Shown one piece after another: positions 1 through 12,924 of a stretch of 64,000 nucleotides of DNA (positions within the stretch are counted from its first letter, which is position 1; each line of letters opens with the position of its first letter). The position numbers and the translations under genes are program-made. Under the pieces are notes generated by a model that saw nothing but the letters and a program-made list of their open reading frames with translations, was not told the origin of the DNA and did not search any database. Source of the DNA: Octopus bimaculoides (Eukaryota); the NCBI RefSeq assembly GCF_001194135.2, contig NC_068981.1, positions 71,570,360 to 71,634,359 of the forward strand, in the 5' to 3' direction.

Positions 1-1190
1 TGAGCAGACTTTAAAATTGAAAACTCACCAACATGGACAACATATATTCTACAAAAAGCAAATGATTTTTTTAATGGAGATATAAATATATAAACAATAC
101 TAAGAAAATTACTCTGCAAATTCTGCAAATTTAATAGTGTTGGTACAAAAGGGTGTGGGTGCAGTGATTCCTTTTGGTTTTATTTTGTTAGATCCAAAGT
201 CTTTGAGCGTTTTAAAATTTCTTATTGTTCTGGGATGTGTAGTAAATGAAGTGGGCAAAGTCATCTAGGTGGAAGCAGAATATTTTTTATTTCATGCTCT
301 TGTTTTTGTGTACTTGTTTCATCACTTTTTTTTTTGTTGTTTTTTGCAAGGAGGGTTAATTTTTGAGATGTGTTTAAAGGTATTTACTAAATGTTAGAAT
401 GAAGACATGTTGAGGTTATAATTGTGATGTGTGGTTTGGCCACTGTTTGATACTTATGCTAATTACACTATCTAGTTTTATTGTTTGTTTTGTAATGATA
501 CAAACAAATGTTTTCCAGTTTTTCGGGGTGTTTTTAAGGGTTATTTTCTTTATTCCTTTGTTAGTTGTTTGATACAGAATTTTAGCTCTGTTGTCTGTGG
601 TGTTTGCATATTGTGTTGAGGTTGTCCCTAATTCTAATCAGGTTGGCTATTTCTACAGTGTGGTCTGTTTTATATTCAGATATTTATCATTCATGTATTC
701 CTTCTGAATTTTTTTTAATCTATAATATTTTGCTGAATATATGTACCACAGTGTCTATGTTGGTGAATGAGAGGTTGAATTCTGTGAACTTTCATTGTTT
801 CCCTAGTGAAACTGGTTCTACTGGGCTATTTTGATGTTTGTAATAGAATTTTGTTCATTGATATGTGAGTATATTGAGATGATGATTGGTAAGTGGGCAG
901 AGGGGAACTGGAGATTTTTTTTTTTTTTTTTTTTTTTTTTACTATGTGGTTTTGGTGTGGTACAGTAAATGATGTCTGGAGAGGCGTTATTGTGGTTAAT
1001 GAAGTATGTAAGCTTGTTGAAGTGGTTTAGGTTTTTAGGAAGTAAAAAGAGCTTAGTTGGGATATTGTGTTTCACCTCATGTATTATCTGAAAACCAAGA
1101 TGTGTTGTGTACATTGGAATCTCTCTCATGGTGGCATTGTAGGGTGTGAAACTTGATGAAATTGGTGAGATGTTGGTAAAAACACTAGTG
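1..1190 (-). mobile_element. Heavily decayed LINE, endonuclease-region remnant
   Basis: The minus-strand ORF 818-1129 contains NHFNKLTYFINHNNASPDIIYC, resembling the start of an APE endonuclease domain (xKLxxLxxxxxxPDIIxxTE). Adjacent frames are riddled with stops. By-eye similarity only. Confidence 0.25.
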
Positions 1191-1213
1191 TTTATTATAT
1201 TAATATAATCACT

Positions 1214-1402
1214 GAGAGTGGCGAGCTCGCAGAATCATCATCATGCTGGGCAAAATGGTTAGCAGCATTTCATCAAATTCCCCTGAAGTCAGCTATGCCT
1301 TTCCTCCTTTCAGGGTCAATAAAATAAGTACCAGTTGAGTACTGGGGTTGATGTAATCGACCAAACTCCTTCCTCAAAATTGCAGACCTTGTGCCAAAAT
1401 TT
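1214..1402 (+). mobile_element. tRNA-derived SINE family A (head GGCGAGCTGGCAGAATCGTTAG; core GCCTTTCATCCTTTCGGGGTCGATAAAATAAGTACCAG)
   Basis: The same diagnostic segments recur at about 14311-14490(-), 15845-16056(-), 23047-23235(+), 50452-50590(-), 52404-52597(-), 60861-61070(-) and 63820-63915(+, partial). Confidence 0.8.
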
Positions 1403-1689
1403 ATTTATCATGCTGCTTATTTTTATTTTGACTGCTTGCATTTCTAGTGTGTTGTAATATTACAGGCTGTTACTTTTTTCCAGTATAATTTATGGTACCT
1501 ATGTCCTGAATGCATGATTTCTAATATTCTATGAGGCCTCCCCCACAGTAATAAAATTTGAAATGTTGTATGTCGGGATTCTAAATATTTATCCTCAACT
1601 ACCATGATGTATATGTTGTGTGTAATAACATCTTTAATTCTGTAAAGTTACTTATCATGCCTTTAATATTGCATTATAACTTTTATATA

Positions 1690-2058
1690 TCTTTTACTTG
1701 TTTTACTCATTTGACTGCAGCCATGCTGAGATACCACCTTCAATGGTTTTAGTTAAACAAATTGACTCCAGGACCTTTCTTTAAGCCTAGCACTTATTCT
1801 ATCAGTCTCTTTTGCCAAACCACTAAGTTACAAGGATGTAAACACACCAACACTGATTGTTAAACAGTAGTGGTGGACAAACACAGACACACATAGATAT
1901 ATACATAGGATTCTTTCAGTTTCTGTCTACCAAATCCAATCACAAGGCATTGGTCAGCCCAAGGTTATAATAGAAGACACTTGCCCATAGTGCCACACAG
2001 TGGGAATGAACCTAGAACCATGTGATTGAAAAGCAAGCTTCTTACCACACAGCCACCA
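1690..2058 (-). mobile_element. Full-length tRNA-derived SINE family B (CORE-like; head GTGGCTGTGTGGTAAGAAGCTTGCTTC, tail GACTGAAACAAGTAAAAGA)
   Basis: Reverse complement of the copies at 31171-31545 and 40117-40512. It has A/B-box-like motifs, the TGGCACCTTGGGCAAGTGTC segment and an internal TA/TG microsatellite. Confidence 0.85.
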
Positions 2059-2619
2059 TGTTATGCATACAATGTTTAATGGGATTTTCTAAATCTATTC
2101 AGTTGTGGTATGTTTGCATTAATGTGTGTGATTTTAAGTTTGTTGTCATGATTTCTACAATACTATAACTTGTTTCATGACCTTTGTCCAGGATAGTTAG
2201 TCTTGGTAAATTATTTAACTTGGTATGTGTGGTTAGTTACATTGAAAGAAATAAGGATACTTTAAAAAGACACTCATGAAAGTATCTTTATAACTTAGAA
2301 CTATTGCCTAGTTTGCTAATTTCTCACCACAAGCAACACATAGGATGTAGCTGCACTTCTTATTAAATTAATTTGAAAGACAATAGTTTTTGGTGTTTTT
2401 TCTATAATTGTATGTTATATTTTTAGAACTAACAGCAGTGGAACATGTGTTACTGGATTCATTGTCATCATCTAAACTGATTTTTGTCAGTTAGCAGTTT
2501 GTCCATGTGATCTATAAAAAATAATAATAATGGTTTCAAATTTTGGCACTGGGCCATCAGATTTTGAGGCAAGTGGAAAGTCAGTAATGTAAACTCCAGT
2601 ACTTTACTGGTACGTAACT

Positions 2620-2726
2620 TGTCAAGGCTCTTGTGCGGGTGGCACATGAAATGCATCATTTTGAGCGTGACCGTTGCCAGTGCCGCCTGGCTGGCCTTCG
2701 TGCAGGTGGCACGTAAAAGCACTCAC
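2620..2726 (+). mobile_element. RTE LINE 3'UTR fragment running into an assembly gap
   Basis: gtggcacatg...ttgccagtgccgcctggctggcc...gtggcacgtaaaagcac matches the 3'UTR modules of the RTE copy at 17005-17846. Confidence 0.7.
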
Positions 2727-3555
2727 NNNNNNNNNNNNNNNNNNNNNNNNNNNNNNNNNNNNNNNNNNNNNNNNNNNNNNNNNNNNNNNNNNNNNNNNNN
2801 NNNNNNNNNNNNNNNNNNNNNNNNNNNNNNNNNNNNNNNNNNNNNNNNNNNNNNNNNNNNNNNNNNNNNNNNNNNNNNNNNNNNNNNNNNNNNNNNNNNN
2901 NNNNNNNNNNNNNNNNNNNNNNNNNNNNNNNNNNNNNNNNNNNNNNNNNNAAATAGAAGAACTAAAAACAGACAAGTAGGAGACTCACTATCACTTTGCA
3001 TTGGAGTGATTGTCATTTTTATTTTTAGTAATGATGATGACTTTAAAAAAAGAAACAGACTTAAGATAAACAATAAAATGTATGTCTATAAATTAATCTG
3101 AATTAAGTATCCAGTTGATATAAAAAGTTTTATAAAGTTTGTAGCACTGGAAAACTTCAGTTGTACACATTTTGGGTAACATTTTTTCAGCATTGTCACT
3201 ATACCTGCATTATTTTGTGAAGTTCTTGACAGAGCTACATGGAGTTTTCTGTATGCAAATAGATCAGTTGGGTGGGATAGAACTATTTTTATTCAGTATT
3301 GACATTGAGGATTGTTCACTGTCATTGTGAAAGTCATTCAGAACTGGAAACTGCATTTGCGTAAGAAAGATTAGCAGGGAAGTGTCAGAAAGTTTCAGCT
3401 TAAATTTTGGCCCAGTGACATGTTCTTGATAATGTTCACCTTCTGTAATAATGTCACTTTCAATTTCAAAATTCTTATTCCATTTCAAAACCCCAATTTT
3501 TTTTTTTTTTTTTGTAGCATTTACAACATATTGCTCTTTCATTGTCATTGTCGTC

Positions 3556-3835
3556 ACCGTCATCATTTAATGTTCACTTTGCATGCTGGCATGGATTGGC
3601 CAGTTTTGACAGGAGCTGGCAAGTCAGAAGACTCTACCAAGCTTTAAAGTCCATTTTGGTGTAGTTTCTACGACTGGATGCCCTTCTTAATGGCAACCAC
3701 TTTACAGAGTGCATTGGGTGCTTTTCATGTAGCACTAACATGAGCTTACCAAGTAACTTGCAAGTCAAGACCCTTCAACCGACTGGGGAGTTATATTAAG
3801 GGAGGTGGCCTTGTGCCAGGTAATGAAAGGTTAGA
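3556..3835 (-). mobile_element. Degenerate RTE 3'-end/short repeat copy
   Basis: catcatttaatgttcactttgcatgctggcatggattggcc...ctggatgcccttcttaatggcaaccac is the reverse complement of the RTE 3' terminus with (GAT)n tail. Confidence 0.65.
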
Positions 3836-3836
3836 G

Positions 3837-4405
3837 CATAGCTTCCCAAAGTGGGTGATATCACCCACCAGTGGGTGATTTCAACTTACAGGTGGGTGAT
3901 GGGCAATTTGAGATCTTGGTGGGCAATATGAACATTTTGTGAGTGACATCAGAGTATTCCAGAGAATTCCTATCCCAATCTGTGGAAACATCTGAAATTA
4001 CTTTTGCTTGCCCTCCTTACATCAGACCTGGTTGAATCTAGTTTTAACCATGTTGGAACTTTACTTTGCTGTAAAAGAATTAGACTGGATGAGGAAACTT
4101 GCAGCTAAAGTTGACAAGTTTGAAACCAAATGTATCTACACTAGCTGCACTGCACCAGACACATCGTTCTTATTAAAAAGTTTTATTCTTTTCCTTTATA
4201 AGACAATCATTAATTATTTTTGCATCGATACTTTTACATACACAAAGTTCCTTTTACATACACAAATACATGCGTATGAAGTACAGGATAAATAAAATAA
4301 GATGAAAGTTTCATTCTGAGTAAGGAAGTATGAAAATAAATTATTTGGTTTAAACAGCCTCTCACTTTCTTACATATTTCACTGTGAAAAAGTATGGGAA
4401 GTAAA
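3837..4405 (+). mobile_element. Internally deleted hAT (Charlie-like) DNA transposon remnant
   Basis: The left end catagcttcccaaagtggg resembles a Charlie-type TIR. A frame-shifted translation YPNLWKHLKLLLLALLTSDLVESSFNHVGTLLCCKRIRLD resembles the hAT C-terminal dimerisation domain (LxxxPTSYLVESGFS). The right end aaaaagtatgggaag near 4386-4400 is a degenerate inverse TIR. Confidence 0.65.
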
Positions 4406-4492
4406 TTTAATTCAAATTATTGGAGATTAACGCTTTAGCGTTCAGATTACTCTGTCAAATGTAATGCTTATTTATTCACATTGTTCTGCATT

Positions 4493-4700
4493 TATCTTGC
4501 CAACCACTCAGAGAGTGTAGTGGGTGCTTTTACGCGCCACTGGCACAAAGGCCAGTCAGGCGGTACTGGCAACGGCCACGCTCAAAATGGTGTATTTTAT
4601 GTGCCACCTGCACAAGAGCCAGTCCAGGGGCACTGGCAACGATCTCGCTCGAAAGTCCTTACACATGCCGCGGGCACAAGTGCCAGAAAGGCATCGCTGG
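4493..4700 (-). mobile_element. RTE LINE 3'UTR fragment (three tandem hairpin modules)
   Basis: gccaaccactcagagagtgtagtgggtgcttttacgcgccac...gccagtcaggcggtactggcaacgg matches 12270-12407 and 36380-36600. Confidence 0.75.
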
Positions 4701-5039
4701 GCACAACAAAATTTGCATAATGTTGCTAGGTTGATAATCGTGAATTGATATTTATAATGCTGGACCCAAAGCTACTCATCTACTCCTTTTATTGGGTTAA
4801 AAAATTTAGAACATCCAATGTTAAAATGGTGAAAGGTAGATCTGCAGAGCACCTGTCTCAAGAGAATGCACCAGATTTGTTTTTCCGTGCTGCCAGTCAT
4901 TATTCCCTCTCCTCCTGGCCACTTGCTATTGATATCAATCACTCTCTTTCTCTCACCCTCTATCTCCCTCTCATTCCTTTGACTCTGTTTCTACCTTTAA
5001 ACTCTTACTCCCTTCACCATCTTGGTTCTGTTACTTTAA

Positions 5040-5256
5040 CCCTATAGCATTTAATTTTTTCTGTCATAAGTAATGCTTCTTCATCCATATTGTTTTCAAT
5101 TAATCATGCATTATCTCATAGCTTCATGGTTTTGAAGTTGTGATTGTCTTTAGAATGACATTGTAGGATAGATATAAGAAGCTAGATCTGGACAGTTTCA
5201 ACATGAAACAAAATAGAATATTTGGGCATGGTATGGCTGGTTTAAATGCCAAAGGG
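5040..5256. mobile_element. TTAA-flanked MITE family 1 (piggyBac-type non-autonomous element)
   Basis: TTAA(5036-5039)-CCCTATAGCATTT...AAATGCCAAAGGG-TTAA(5257-5260). Related copies lie at about 10265-10486, 11358-11574, 14797-15000, 18603-18750, 27801-28015, 39645-39760, 55570-55760 and 61078-61293. CCC-starting TIRs with a TTAA TSD are characteristic of piggyBac. Confidence 0.8.
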
Positions 5257-8200
5257 TTAAGAGAATAAACACATCATAGAATTGTGAGGATTCTTTTGTC
5301 TTACATGTACAAAGCAGTTTCATTAATACTGGTGCCCTGATAAAATGCACCCATTATGCTCTGTAAACTGGTTGGCAAACTAGTGGAGCTAGGAGAGTGG
5401 TAAAAAGAACTTTGTAGTCTTGTTGAAGATATCATGCTAGTGCAATAATAGAATGCACCTAGTTTTCACTGTTAAGTGGTTAGTGATTGGAAGGGTATGC
5501 AACCATAGAAACCAAACCAAAAATAAGATGTTGACATGGGATATCTTCTGACCCTAGATACCAGTAACTAAATAAGACCTAACACATACTATCATGATCT
5601 GTTCACTCATGCTTGCATGAAAAGTACACATAAAATGCTGTTCATATACATTCTCTCCACTAGGCCTCCACAGTTTCCATTTCCCAAAGCTTACTTACAA
5701 GAATTTGGTCAATATGAATCTATAGTTGAAAACATTTGCAACTATATTGTGAAGTGAACTCCTTAATCACACGACCATACCAGATTAACTTTCCTAAACT
5801 TCAATATCAAATAATAATATTAATTTCAAATATATTTCTGCAAAGCATATTAACTTTGGATTTTATTTTCATTTTCTATTTCTCATTTTGCATAATTGAT
5901 TACAAGTTCTTTTGTTTTCTTTAATATAATCCATATTCTGTGAAATAATTGGTTTATTTTGTTACGAATATATGCTAATGAGATTAATACTCAAATAGAA
6001 ATTACTTTAAAAAGCAGGGTTTTTTTCTTGATTTTTAAATGTACTATGAAGCTGCAAAAATACCAGACTGTATTAATCTGTTTGTGACACTGGGATTGAT
6101 GCCAAATGTTCAATACTAATTGATGCCAGCTGATTTCTGTTGCAGCTGGCACTATCTTGAACTTATGAAGCCTTGTTCACTAATAGCATTATTTATCTTA
6201 TTAGAAACTTATAATACACTCATGTTCTTTTTCACTAATGTTATTCATTCTCTTGAAGCATGTAGTAAGAAATCTTTCATGATAAAATTCTTTATGAATT
6301 CACAACTTTGCATTTCTTTAAAAAATAAACATTCCACTTACAATCAACCCTCTACTGCAACCATCTAATCACTAACTTTGTTTTAAAACTTTACTTTTTG
6401 AGCCTATTCCATAAAATTCTGTGACCTTTCTCTTAAATCCTTTTACTACTTTTACTCTCCTTATAACTCTTAAGAGTCTGTTTGCTGAATACATTTTCAA
6501 TTTTTGTCTTTTAGTGTCTTTCTGGTTTCAGTCATTGGACTGTAATCCTGTTGGGGCACTACTTTCAAGAGTATAATCAATCATATTAACCTTAGTATTT
6601 TAGCAATCTCTGTTTGTTGGTCAGCTATGCTAGGGGACATGAAAGAATACAAAATATCTATTCTTGATTTCATAAAATCTACTCTTACTGCAATCCTTCC
6701 ATTAATTTTTTTTTTATATACACTAGATTACAGTGAATTATTTTTCATGACATTTTAGCCCTAATCTGGGGAGTAGAACTTTGTCTCAGAACTTCACAAA
6801 AGTGACTTGGAGCTATTGTTTCTGAGTTCTTGAGTTGAGGTATACTTGTAATAATAAAACTGTTTTTTTCCTTCAACTAGCATTGAAATCAACTTTAAAT
6901 GATGTGTGAATTTTTTCTATTGCTAAGTTTTAATTTCTGTCTACTCAAATCCAAATTTAGATTTATGTGTATAAAATCTAATAGGATGTTGGTTATCAAA
7001 CTAAAGAGTCGGTGGCTTACATTTCGTCTCCCATTGGTCTGGTTTGTAAGTAGATGTTATGTAGTGATAGATCACTCTTATATCTAGCAGAAGCATTCTG
7101 TAATTGACTTATGTTTGGTTATTAGCTTGCAGTGTTGCAAATCTTCTCATGATCAAAACATGTTATAGACAGGAAATGCATTGGGAGTATGGGGTGGGAG
7201 GGCTCTCTCTCTCAACAGCTTTTTACCTTGAACTGTGTAGTCAGCACACCACAATATCTAGGATAATTAGTGGTGAATAAAAGGAAATGCAGAATAAAAA
7301 TAAAAATTTAGAGAATTATTCTGTGGAAACTGGAGATGGATTTAACACTCCTTTGCTTTTCCTCAAAAGTGTTTTTTACCAATCTCAGAGAAGTAATTTT
7401 TGTAGTCTTCTTGTATATACAGGACATCACAGAAAGTAAACATCAGCTAATAAAGAAATCTGCATTTCTAGATGATAAGTATATTCATTTAAAGCAGGAA
7501 TATTTTTTCATGGATTATTTGTTCCTGATAAATAAAATTTTCTTATCAGATTCTCAATTACTATCACAAATTATTTAGTGATAAATTATATATAATCTTA
7601 GAATTAAGCAACACTGTTAGCCCTTAACGTGTATATCTGTTTCTCTGAGAAGACGTGGTTAGAACCTTAATATTCCCTCCATTTTGTTAATTTGTTATGT
7701 TTGTTTTTATTGAGAATTAAGAACTAGTATAATATCTTTTGGAAAGAAAATATAAATGCTGAGAACTTTTGCCTAAAGATGTTTGTTCCATATCCTTTTC
7801 TTCGTAGCATGACCTTGATCTGTACGAATCTATTTTCTTTTTATATTTTTAACTTAGATAAGTTTGCAATTATGCATCATCTTGATCATATAAATTTTTA
7901 ATGAGAGCATGTTATTCTTGTATAATTACAGCAATTATATTTATTATTATAGTTTTATATACTGTCATCATGAATTGAATTGGTAAAGTACTTAGTGTAT
8001 TCTAAAACAGCTTGACTTTTTTTTTTTTTTTTTTTTTTACTCAGATCACAAATTTCCTGTTTGATTTTTTTTTTTAATTCTCAGTTTGCATAGCACATGC
8101 CCTTCAGAGTTGTTTTTTACAGTTAGTGTTGTTGTTGGTGTTATAAACAGTTAAGTTATATAACATTTAATAAAATAACATTTATGTGAAAGTTTTAAGG

Positions 8201-10264
8201 GGGAGGAACATAGCTTTAAGAATATAATGATGTAGGGAAAGATTTTATTTTAATTTTTTTTATTATTTCTGAGATAGATATTCATTTTGTGGGTTTCTTT
8301 AAACTTAAATATAATTAATTTCGGTTACTTTCTGTTGGCTTCAGTGAGAAAGAATTTGTTAAACAAATATATTTTTCCTGAAATATATATAAAATAATTA
8401 TCAATATATCCTATTTTCTGTAATAAATCATCTGTTATTATAGTTAGCTAAAAAGAATATCCGTTCAATAAATGACTAAATCCAGTCAAATGAGTCTGTG
8501 GGTCTAATATTTGTGTAACAATAGCTGAGCTTTTAGGTTCTCACAGTTAATGACTTGTTTATCAAGAGAAGCTGAGACTAAGAACATTGTCTGTGGTGGA
8601 CAACATTCAGAGTGAGTCATGAAGTGGGGGGAACTTCACAAGAAGTAAAAGTAGTAATGGCTGCCTCTTGCCCGCCTCTAGCTACATTGGGAGGTTTGTG
8701 CAGCCAAATCATCAAACAGATTTCATAAACAAAAACTGCAGACAATTCTGATGCCAAGCCAGACAGACATCAAGTATCAACGTTTTAATTGCATGCTACT
8801 AGATCTTAGCAGTGAACATGCAGGTGTACGTTTTCATGCGCATACGCAGATTCTTTTGGCTTTTGTTTAAGGCTTATTTTATTGTTGTTTTCAAGGGTGT
8901 GTCTTCGACTCTCTCTCTCCCTCTCTCTTACACACGTGTGTTTGTTTTTTCCAGTTTTTCCCTTCCCCCCCCCCTTTTATCTTAAAGATGTATAAACTGT
9001 CTTCAGATCAACAAAAGTTGCTTGCATTCTTATATGCTTTGTCTATGTTGTACAGCAGTGACGAGATATTTCAATTTCATCAAAACAATTATGCTATAAG
9101 GGGTAAAAATTGGGGTGCAGGGGTCTACCATTTATAATGTTGATCAGAAAAAAAAAGAAGAAAAAAACATTGAAATTATAGTTAAATATGAGTCAGACTA
9201 ATCTCTGGACGAAACTTAACAAACACAATATATCATTGTGTAATCAAATACATTCAAATAAAAATCTATTGTGTGTTCATATTTGTTTGTATAATATTTT
9301 GCTTTTATTTTTGTTTTCTCTTTTTTTATGATTTAAATTTGGTAATGACATTCATCAGTAAATTCTATCCATTGACTATACTTATTCTCATATTCAGTAT
9401 GCTATGACATAAGAGCTAATTTAGAGTAGTACTTACTGTTTTGGGGATGGTGTATGCAGGAAGCTATATCATTAAACTCATAATGTGTGTAAAGAGTGGG
9501 GGTTTTTCCCTCAAAATAATATTCCTCTTTACTAACATTACACTAAAGAATATGAGAAAATGCATCTAATACTAGCAGGCCACACATGCATCTCGGTAAA
9601 ATCTTACCAGTTCACAAGGATGCATATGGGTGATGCTTATTTCTAATCTTTAGATTAGGTAATTAGGAGATAAATTTTGCCTAAGATAGAAAACTGATCT
9701 GTCACAAATAGGTTTTCTTATGGTATGACTTAATCTCAGTACTATGAGCTAATGAAATAGTCATGTCTTTAAGGATGCTACTTGCAGCTGTGAATATAAG
9801 TTCTACTTAGAGTTAAGTGAACTTAACAAAATTGAGCTCAGTTTTTCTCTTTGCCAAAGACAATTCAGCACCAGAGGCAGAATATGAATTATTATACTCA
9901 GCTGGTTGTATTGTATCTTATTGACTCAAGCATCTATATATATATATGCACCCTTACATTTTAGCAATGCATGTGTCTGAGACAGTGTACTCATCATACA
10001 TACAATCATTATCATTAACAATATACAAACAGAAGCTTCTCTATCTTGGAAGTAAATTTTCACTTCTTAATAATCTGGAAACTTCAAAAATATAACTGCA
10101 TTCTTCTTGATTCTTCCTACTGATACTACAGTATCTTTGCTTTTCTGAAATACCTGGTTGTATGTTTCCCCACATAGACCTACTTGAAACAGTTCTCTTT
10201 CTCTTTTCATTCTCTATAACTAAGTTCTTTGTCTAATCCTTGTTTCACAGAATTACATTTTTAA

Positions 10265-10486
10265 CTCTTTAACATTTAAAATGGCTGTGTCCAGCCCAAG
10301 TATTCTACCTGTTTCATATTCAAACCAACCCAATCCAGCTTCTCATACCAAGTCTACAATGTCATTCTAAAAGTAAACAATCACATCATTAAAATCTTTG
10401 GAGTTATGAGATAATGCATAATTAATTCAAAACAATGTGAATAAATAGGCATTTCATTTGACAAGAGTAATCTGAATGCCAAAGGA
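10265..10486. mobile_element. TTAA-flanked MITE family 1 copy
   Basis: TTAA 10261-10264, ctctttaacattt...aatgccaaagga, TTAA 10487-10490. Confidence 0.75.
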
Positions 10487-11295
10487 TTAAATCTCCCTTC
10501 CCATGGTATGGTACTACCAATCCCTAACCTTTAAAATAATTAAACATCCCTATTACCCTCATTCACTCTACACACCCCTTCATACTAACTGTTGTTAACC
10601 ATAATAGTAATAATAATAATAAAAGCTGTAAGCATGGACATTAAATCAATGGTAGGTGTTGTCTGAAGATTGAACTTGTGTGTAACAGTAAAAAAAAAAA
10701 AATCAAAAGTAAATGCATGGAATTATTTAGATATGGAAACTATGCATGAGAACAGATGTTCCTAAAATATTAATTATAGATTAATTCACTAATCTATAAT
10801 GTTCATATAATTGAATAGCTTCGTTATTCACTACTAGTACTAAAGAAAATGCTGCAGAGAATTGAACACTTGATGAAAGTTGTTTAGAATGATTAATTAG
10901 GGTATCTCTCATAGGTAATCAATGTTAATGAAATGAAACATGTTAATGGTGTATGCCTGCTTATACAGCCATTCTAAAGAAACAGTATCAGCTTTTCAAG
11001 TTTCCAATTTTAATTACAGTGTTTGCAACTACAGAGGATTTCCAATAAATACAACTACAGCAGAAACATTTCTCCTGCCTTCATAATTTATTCAACATTC
11101 AATATATTGTGTGAGGATAGTCAAAGCTAATTTACAATATGCTAGCAATTTTGTTACTGAATAAATCTATGCATTTGATATAAACATTGACTGAGATCAA
11201 CGGTCTGAAACTGAGTCACACAACCCTGGTATGGAAACCTAAGGCAGGGATCACTTTTTTCTATTTTTTTCTATTTTTTTTTTTTTTAATGTTAA

Positions 11296-11733
11296 CCCTT
11301 TTGATACCAACCCACTTGAGACCACCCCAATATCTGTGATGCAAATTCCCTGTTTAACCCTTTAGTGTTTGAACAAGCCATATCCAGCCCCAATATTTTG
11401 TTTTCTGTTCAAACTGGCCAGATGTAGCCTCTCACACACGTACACTACAATATCATTGTAAAAATAAGCAATCACAGCATCGAAATCTCAAAGCTATGAG
11501 ATAATGTATCATTAATTTAAAACAGTGTGAATGAATAAGCATTTCATTTGACAGAGTAATCTGAATGCTAAGTGATCTAAATACAAACCTCCGATCAAAA
11601 TTCCATATTAATTTATGTTCCAAACACCAGATTAATTAATAATGACAGTTATTTTACTAAATTCTTCATTACTTTCAAAATTAATTGAAACAAAGGTAGC
11701 ATATTTTAATGGAAATATGGTAACAAAAATGGT
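11296..11733. mobile_element. TTAA MITE family 2 with a family 1 MITE nested inside (11358-11574)
   Basis: The outer element ttaa-cccttttgatacc...taacaaaaatgg-tttaa is the inverse of the 42582-42785 family. The inner element starts at an internal TTAA (11354-11357) with ccctttagtgttt. Confidence 0.7.
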
Positions 11734-11981
11734 TTAAAATGATATAGAGGAAATAAAAAACTTCAATATAAGTGTTATCAAATATTAAATAGTAGGATTA
11801 GCACTAACTAGGATATTGATATATATGTGTGAAGATAACTTGGTTGTTATAATCATAAATCATGGAGTTAAGTTTGTTTCTTTTTTCTTTTGTTAAAACT
11901 GTGTGTAGTTCACATGTACAAACATCAGAAGATAGGCAGGTGAGAGAAGAATAAACAAAGTGTATTAGTTTGATGCTCAGG

Positions 11982-11982
11982 A

Positions 11983-12016
<34 letters not shown>

Positions 12017-12085
12017 GCACACATAAATACATATATATATATACACAGACATATATATACATACAGACATACATATATATATACT

Positions 12086-12119
<34 letters not shown>

Positions 12120-12140
12120 CATACATCATCATCATCATCG
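11982..12140. repeat. Compound (TA)n/(CA)n/(CAT)n microsatellite
   Basis: Directly visible; the (CAT)n part is the tail of the adjacent minus-strand RTE 3' end. Confidence 0.95.
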
Positions 12141-12407
12141 TTTAACGTCTGCTTTCCATGCTAGCATGGGTTGGACGATTTGACTGAGGTCTGGTGGACC
12201 AGGTGGCTGCATCAGGCTCCAATCTGATTTGGCAGAGTTTCTACAGCTGGATGCCCTTCTTAATGCCAACCACTCCGAGAGTGTTGTGGGTGCTTTTATG
12301 TGCCACCGGCATGAAGGCCAGTCAGGCGGTACTGGCAACGGCCATGCTCAAAATGGTGAATTTTACATGCCACCTGCACAGGAGCCAGTCCAGGGGCACT
12401 GGCAATG
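12125..12407 (-). mobile_element. RTE LINE 3' terminus with (GAT)n tail
   Basis: catcatcatcgtttaacgtctgctttccatgctagcatgggttggacg... is the reverse complement of 17640-17846. Confidence 0.85.
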
Positions 12408-12469
12408 AGATATATATATACACACACATATATGCATACATATATATATGTATGTATGTGTGTGTGTGT

Positions 12470-12523
<54 letters not shown>

Positions 12524-12610
12524 NNNNNNNNNNGTGTGTGTGTGTATATGTGTGTGTGTGTATATATGTGTGTGTGTGTGTGTATATATGTGTGTGTGTG
12601 TGTGTATATA

Positions 12611-12643
<33 letters not shown>

Positions 12644-12690
12644 GTGTATATATATATATAGACACAAACACACACATACATACACATATT
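12408..12690. repeat. Long interrupted (TG)n/(TA)n microsatellite with a 10-N gap
   Basis: Directly visible; source of the CVCV/HTHT spurious ORFs. Confidence 0.95.
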
Positions 12691-12924
12691 TTTTTGAAAG
12701 TCTATGAGAATTACTTAAAACAGTTTTTGAAGTGTAAAGGTGATTTTTTTAAAAAACTTATTTTTAAAAAAATGTCATGAAATCTTTTATGAGAATGTTA
12801 CTAACCTTTAACCTTTTTTGGGGAAGATTTTTTCTAGTAGATATAAAGCATGATTTATTCGTAAACCGAGGTACTACTGTACTAAATGAATATGAGAATA
12901 ACAGGAGATAAAGTATGATTTATA

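Noticed and set aside
8660-8695. GGG AG|gtttgt as the missing Gly-Arg kinase exon end
   Set aside because: Weak donor, and the upstream frame (NGCLLPASSYIGR) has no start codon, no nearby acceptor and no DRAK similarity.
11804-12780. ORFs rich in CV, HT, YI, SL or ER dipeptides (also near 21033-21464, 39737-40088, 41623-41952, 45600-46104, 62919-63206)
   Set aside because: Translations of microsatellites; no domain content.
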